Assembly: GCA_045578445.1 (NCBI GenBank)
Contig: JAZNKG010000025.1
Coordinates: forward strand, 18,247 to 82,246
From: Alphaproteobacteria bacterium
GTDB lineage: Bacteria; Pseudomonadota; Alphaproteobacteria; RF32; CAG-239
Direction: 5' to 3'
Length of the DNA stretch: 64,000 nucleotides
A program made the position numbers and the translations under genes. Position 1 is the first letter of the stretch. Every line of letters starts with the position of its first letter. Of the stretch, positions 62,323 through 64,000 are shown in pieces. Under the pieces are notes generated by a model, which saw only the letters and a list, made by a program, of their open reading frames with translations, searched no databases and was not told where the DNA came from.

Positions 62323-64000
62323 ATGTGGCTACGTTTTTTATTTTTTGTTAGTTTAGTTATTTCTTTTTCGGCGAAGGCTGAAGATTGGAATGATATTGCG
62401 TGGCTAAAATTATTACATTATGAAAAAAATGGTAGCTCATACGTATCTTTAGTTGAAAATGATGAGTTTTTTATAAGTAATGGCGGAAGATATAATGCTC
62501 ATAAAGAGTTTGAGCAGACTATAGAGCAGTTTAATAAAAAAGAAGATGCGAAAAAATGTGAATTTCCGGCAAGATTTATTTATCTAAAAAATAAAGGTTT
62601 GGTTGAGGGAAGTTTAGATAAATGTGATGATTATCAAAAGTTTTTGGCAGATGTTCAGCCTAAAGCGGTAACAATGCTTTTTACTAATGCATATATGAGT
62701 AATCCGTCGTCTTTGTTTGGGCATACATTGTTTAGGATTGATACAAAACGTAAAGGGACACAACTTTTAGCGCATGGGGCTAATTTTGGCGCAGATACAG
62801 GCGATGAAAGCGGTGTTTTGTATGCACTAAAAGGTTTGTGGGGTGGATATTATGGCACTTTTGGTATTAAGCCATATTATGATGTAATTAATTTGTATAA
62901 CAATATAGAGAATCGAGATATTTGGGAATATGAACTTAATTTTTCTGATGACGAGCTAGAGTTGTTTGTGGCTCATATGTGGGAAATGAAAACTGCAAAA
63001 ATAAGATATTATTTTGCTACCAAAAATTGCTCTTATATTCTTTTGTTGATGCTTGAGGCTATCAGACCTGAGCTTGATTTGAGTAGTGATTTCGGTTTTT
63101 ATGTTGCACCTCTTGGCACATTAAAAAAAGTGGATGAGGTTGATGGTTTTATTAGCAAAGCGAATTATCGCCCAAGTCGTCAGTCTAAACTGAATTATAG
63201 AGCAGAACAAATGAACGATAATCAATATGAGGTATTTATTGATATTATAAAAAGAGATGAGTTTGATTTATCTAAGCTTAGTGATGATGAAAAATCTGAT
63301 GTTTTGGAGACTGCATATCAATATGTGCAATATCGTTATGTAGAAGGAGATTTAGAGCTTAAAGATTATAGAAAAAAGAGCTTTAAGCTTTTGCAAGAAA
63401 GAAGTAAAATTGCTAATAATAAGTTGTTTTTTGAAGAATTAAAAGATGGAGAAAATCCAATAAAAGCGCATGAGCCAAACCAGTTGAGTCTGACTGTTGG
63501 CTTTAGAAATGGCGAGGCTTTTGAAGAGATAGGATTTAAGCCTTTGTATAATTCATTGATGGATAATAGCTATGGTTTATTAAAAGGGGCGGAGATTAAT
63601 CTGTTTGAGGGTAAGTTAAGGCATTATGATAATGATGATAAATATGTTTTAGATGAGTTTAATTTGTTAGGAATTAGGTCTTTATCTGGGGCAAATGAGA
63701 TGTTTTCGCCATTTTCTTATGATATTAAGTTTGGATATAAAGAAGTTTTTGATGCTAAAAAAGATGAGGATAGCGGAGCTTTGGTTTTAGATTTGGGAGT
63801 CGGACAGAGTTATGCCATAACAAAGAATACTTTGCTTTATGTGATGAGTGTGCCAAATGCGGTTTATGGCGGTGGATTGCGTAATAATGGGTATTTAGGT
63901 TTGGGTTTTAAGAGTGGTATTTATTATAATAACGAAAATGTGCGCTTACTTGCAGAAGCAAAGCAAAATTTTACCACAGATGATACAGCACGTGGGCAGA
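62323..64000 (+). CDS. DUF4105 / Lnb N-terminal-domain-like exported protein, 3' end outside the window
   Basis: Not in the ORF track because no stop is reached. The frame from ATG 62323 is open to the window end. Signal peptide MWLRFLFFVSLVISFSAKA. Motifs WLKLLHYEKN, KCEFPARFIYL, FGHTLFRID and NCSYILL fit the DUF4105 family. Confidence 0.7.
   Translation, partial: MWLRFLFFVSLVISFSAKAEDWNDIAWLKLLHYEKNGSSYVSLVENDEFFISNGGRYNAHKEFEQTIEQFNKKEDAKKCEFPARFIYLKNKGLVEGSLDKCDDYQKFLADVQPKAVTMLFTNAYMSNPSSLFGHTLFRIDTKRKGTQLLAHGANFGADTGDESGVLYALKGLWGGYYGTFGIKPYYDVINLYNNIENRDIWEYELNFSDDELELFVAHMWEMKTAKIRYYFATKNCSYILLLMLEAIRPELDLSSDFGFYVAPLGTLKKVDEVDGFISKANYRPSRQSKLNYRAEQMNDNQYEVFIDIIKRDEFDLSKLSDDEKSDVLETAYQYVQYRYVEGDLELKDYRKKSFKLLQERSKIANNKLFFEELKDGENPIKAHEPNQLSLTVGFRNGEAFEEIGFKPLYNSLMDNSYGLLKGAEINLFEGKLRHYDNDDKYVLDEFNLLGIRSLSGANEMFSPFSYDIKFGYKEVFDAKKDEDSGALVLDLGVGQSYAITKNTLLYVMSVPNAVYGGGLRNNGYLGLGFKSGIYYNNENVRLLAEAKQNFTTDDTARGQ

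Overview
This is a 64-kb, very AT-rich bacterial chromosome segment (about 30% G+C by eye). The conserved genes look alphaproteobacterial and host-associated (Rickettsiales/Holosporales-like). That placement is an inference from the ribosomal protein, GroEL and DnaK sequences and from the many LRR, ankyrin, MORN and pentapeptide repeat proteins. No search was possible.

Layout:
- 2-3320: the end of an LRR-like repeat protein, a 365-nt structured non-coding region, an atypical ABC ATPase fusion and a small exported protein.
- 3677-13036: a complete S10-spc ribosomal protein operon (rpsJ to rplO, 21 genes). It has its own leader and a strong terminator, and lacks the usual tuf upstream and secY-adk-rpsM-rpsK-rpoA-rplQ downstream.
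- 13.1-22.8 kb: an accessory block with an exported protein, an MFS transporter, a YedJ-like HD hydrolase, a compositionally foreign 551-aa gene, two ABC exporter half-transporters and a CgeB-like glycosyltransferase.
- 22.9-34.4 kb: groES-groEL, then an ankyrin/Cys-rich/repeat autotransporter with a membrane protein and a MORN-repeat protein, then ugd, a Spy/CpxP-like protein and dnaK.
- 34.5-39.5 kb: a second compositionally foreign gene (184 aa), a lipoprotein, a highly divergent MetK-like gene, DUF502 and recJ.
- 39.6-45.4 kb: three tandem paralogous GT-C-like membrane proteins around one GtrB-type GT2.
- 45.4-57.9 kb: DUF192, a divergent XRE / ParB-like nuclease pair with an 18-bp perfect operator palindrome, infA, and a long minus-strand operon (murJ, DUF2333-like, nfu-like, bax-like, gloB, orphan histidine kinase). 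These are followed by a second GtrB-like GT2 overlapping ampG, a pentapeptide protein and an exported nitroreductase-like protein.
- 57.9-64 kb: tRNA-Ser(GGA) with a 58-bp perfect duplication of its 3' end plus terminator, an array of four paralogous small polytopic membrane protein genes, a Cys-rich small protein, greA, a DUF3015-like protein and a truncated DUF4105-like gene.

No rRNA, CRISPR array, transposase, integrase or recognisable defence enzyme genes were seen.

The most interesting signals are:
1. The triple GT-C/GtrB locus.
2. The tRNA-Ser att-like scar next to the modular small membrane protein array.
3. Two distant, related genes with foreign codon usage, no Shine-Dalgarno (SD) sequence and near-consensus sigma70 promoters.
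4. The divergent MetK paralog.
5. The XRE/ParB-like switch.

All family assignments rest on motifs read by eye and need HMM/BLAST confirmation.
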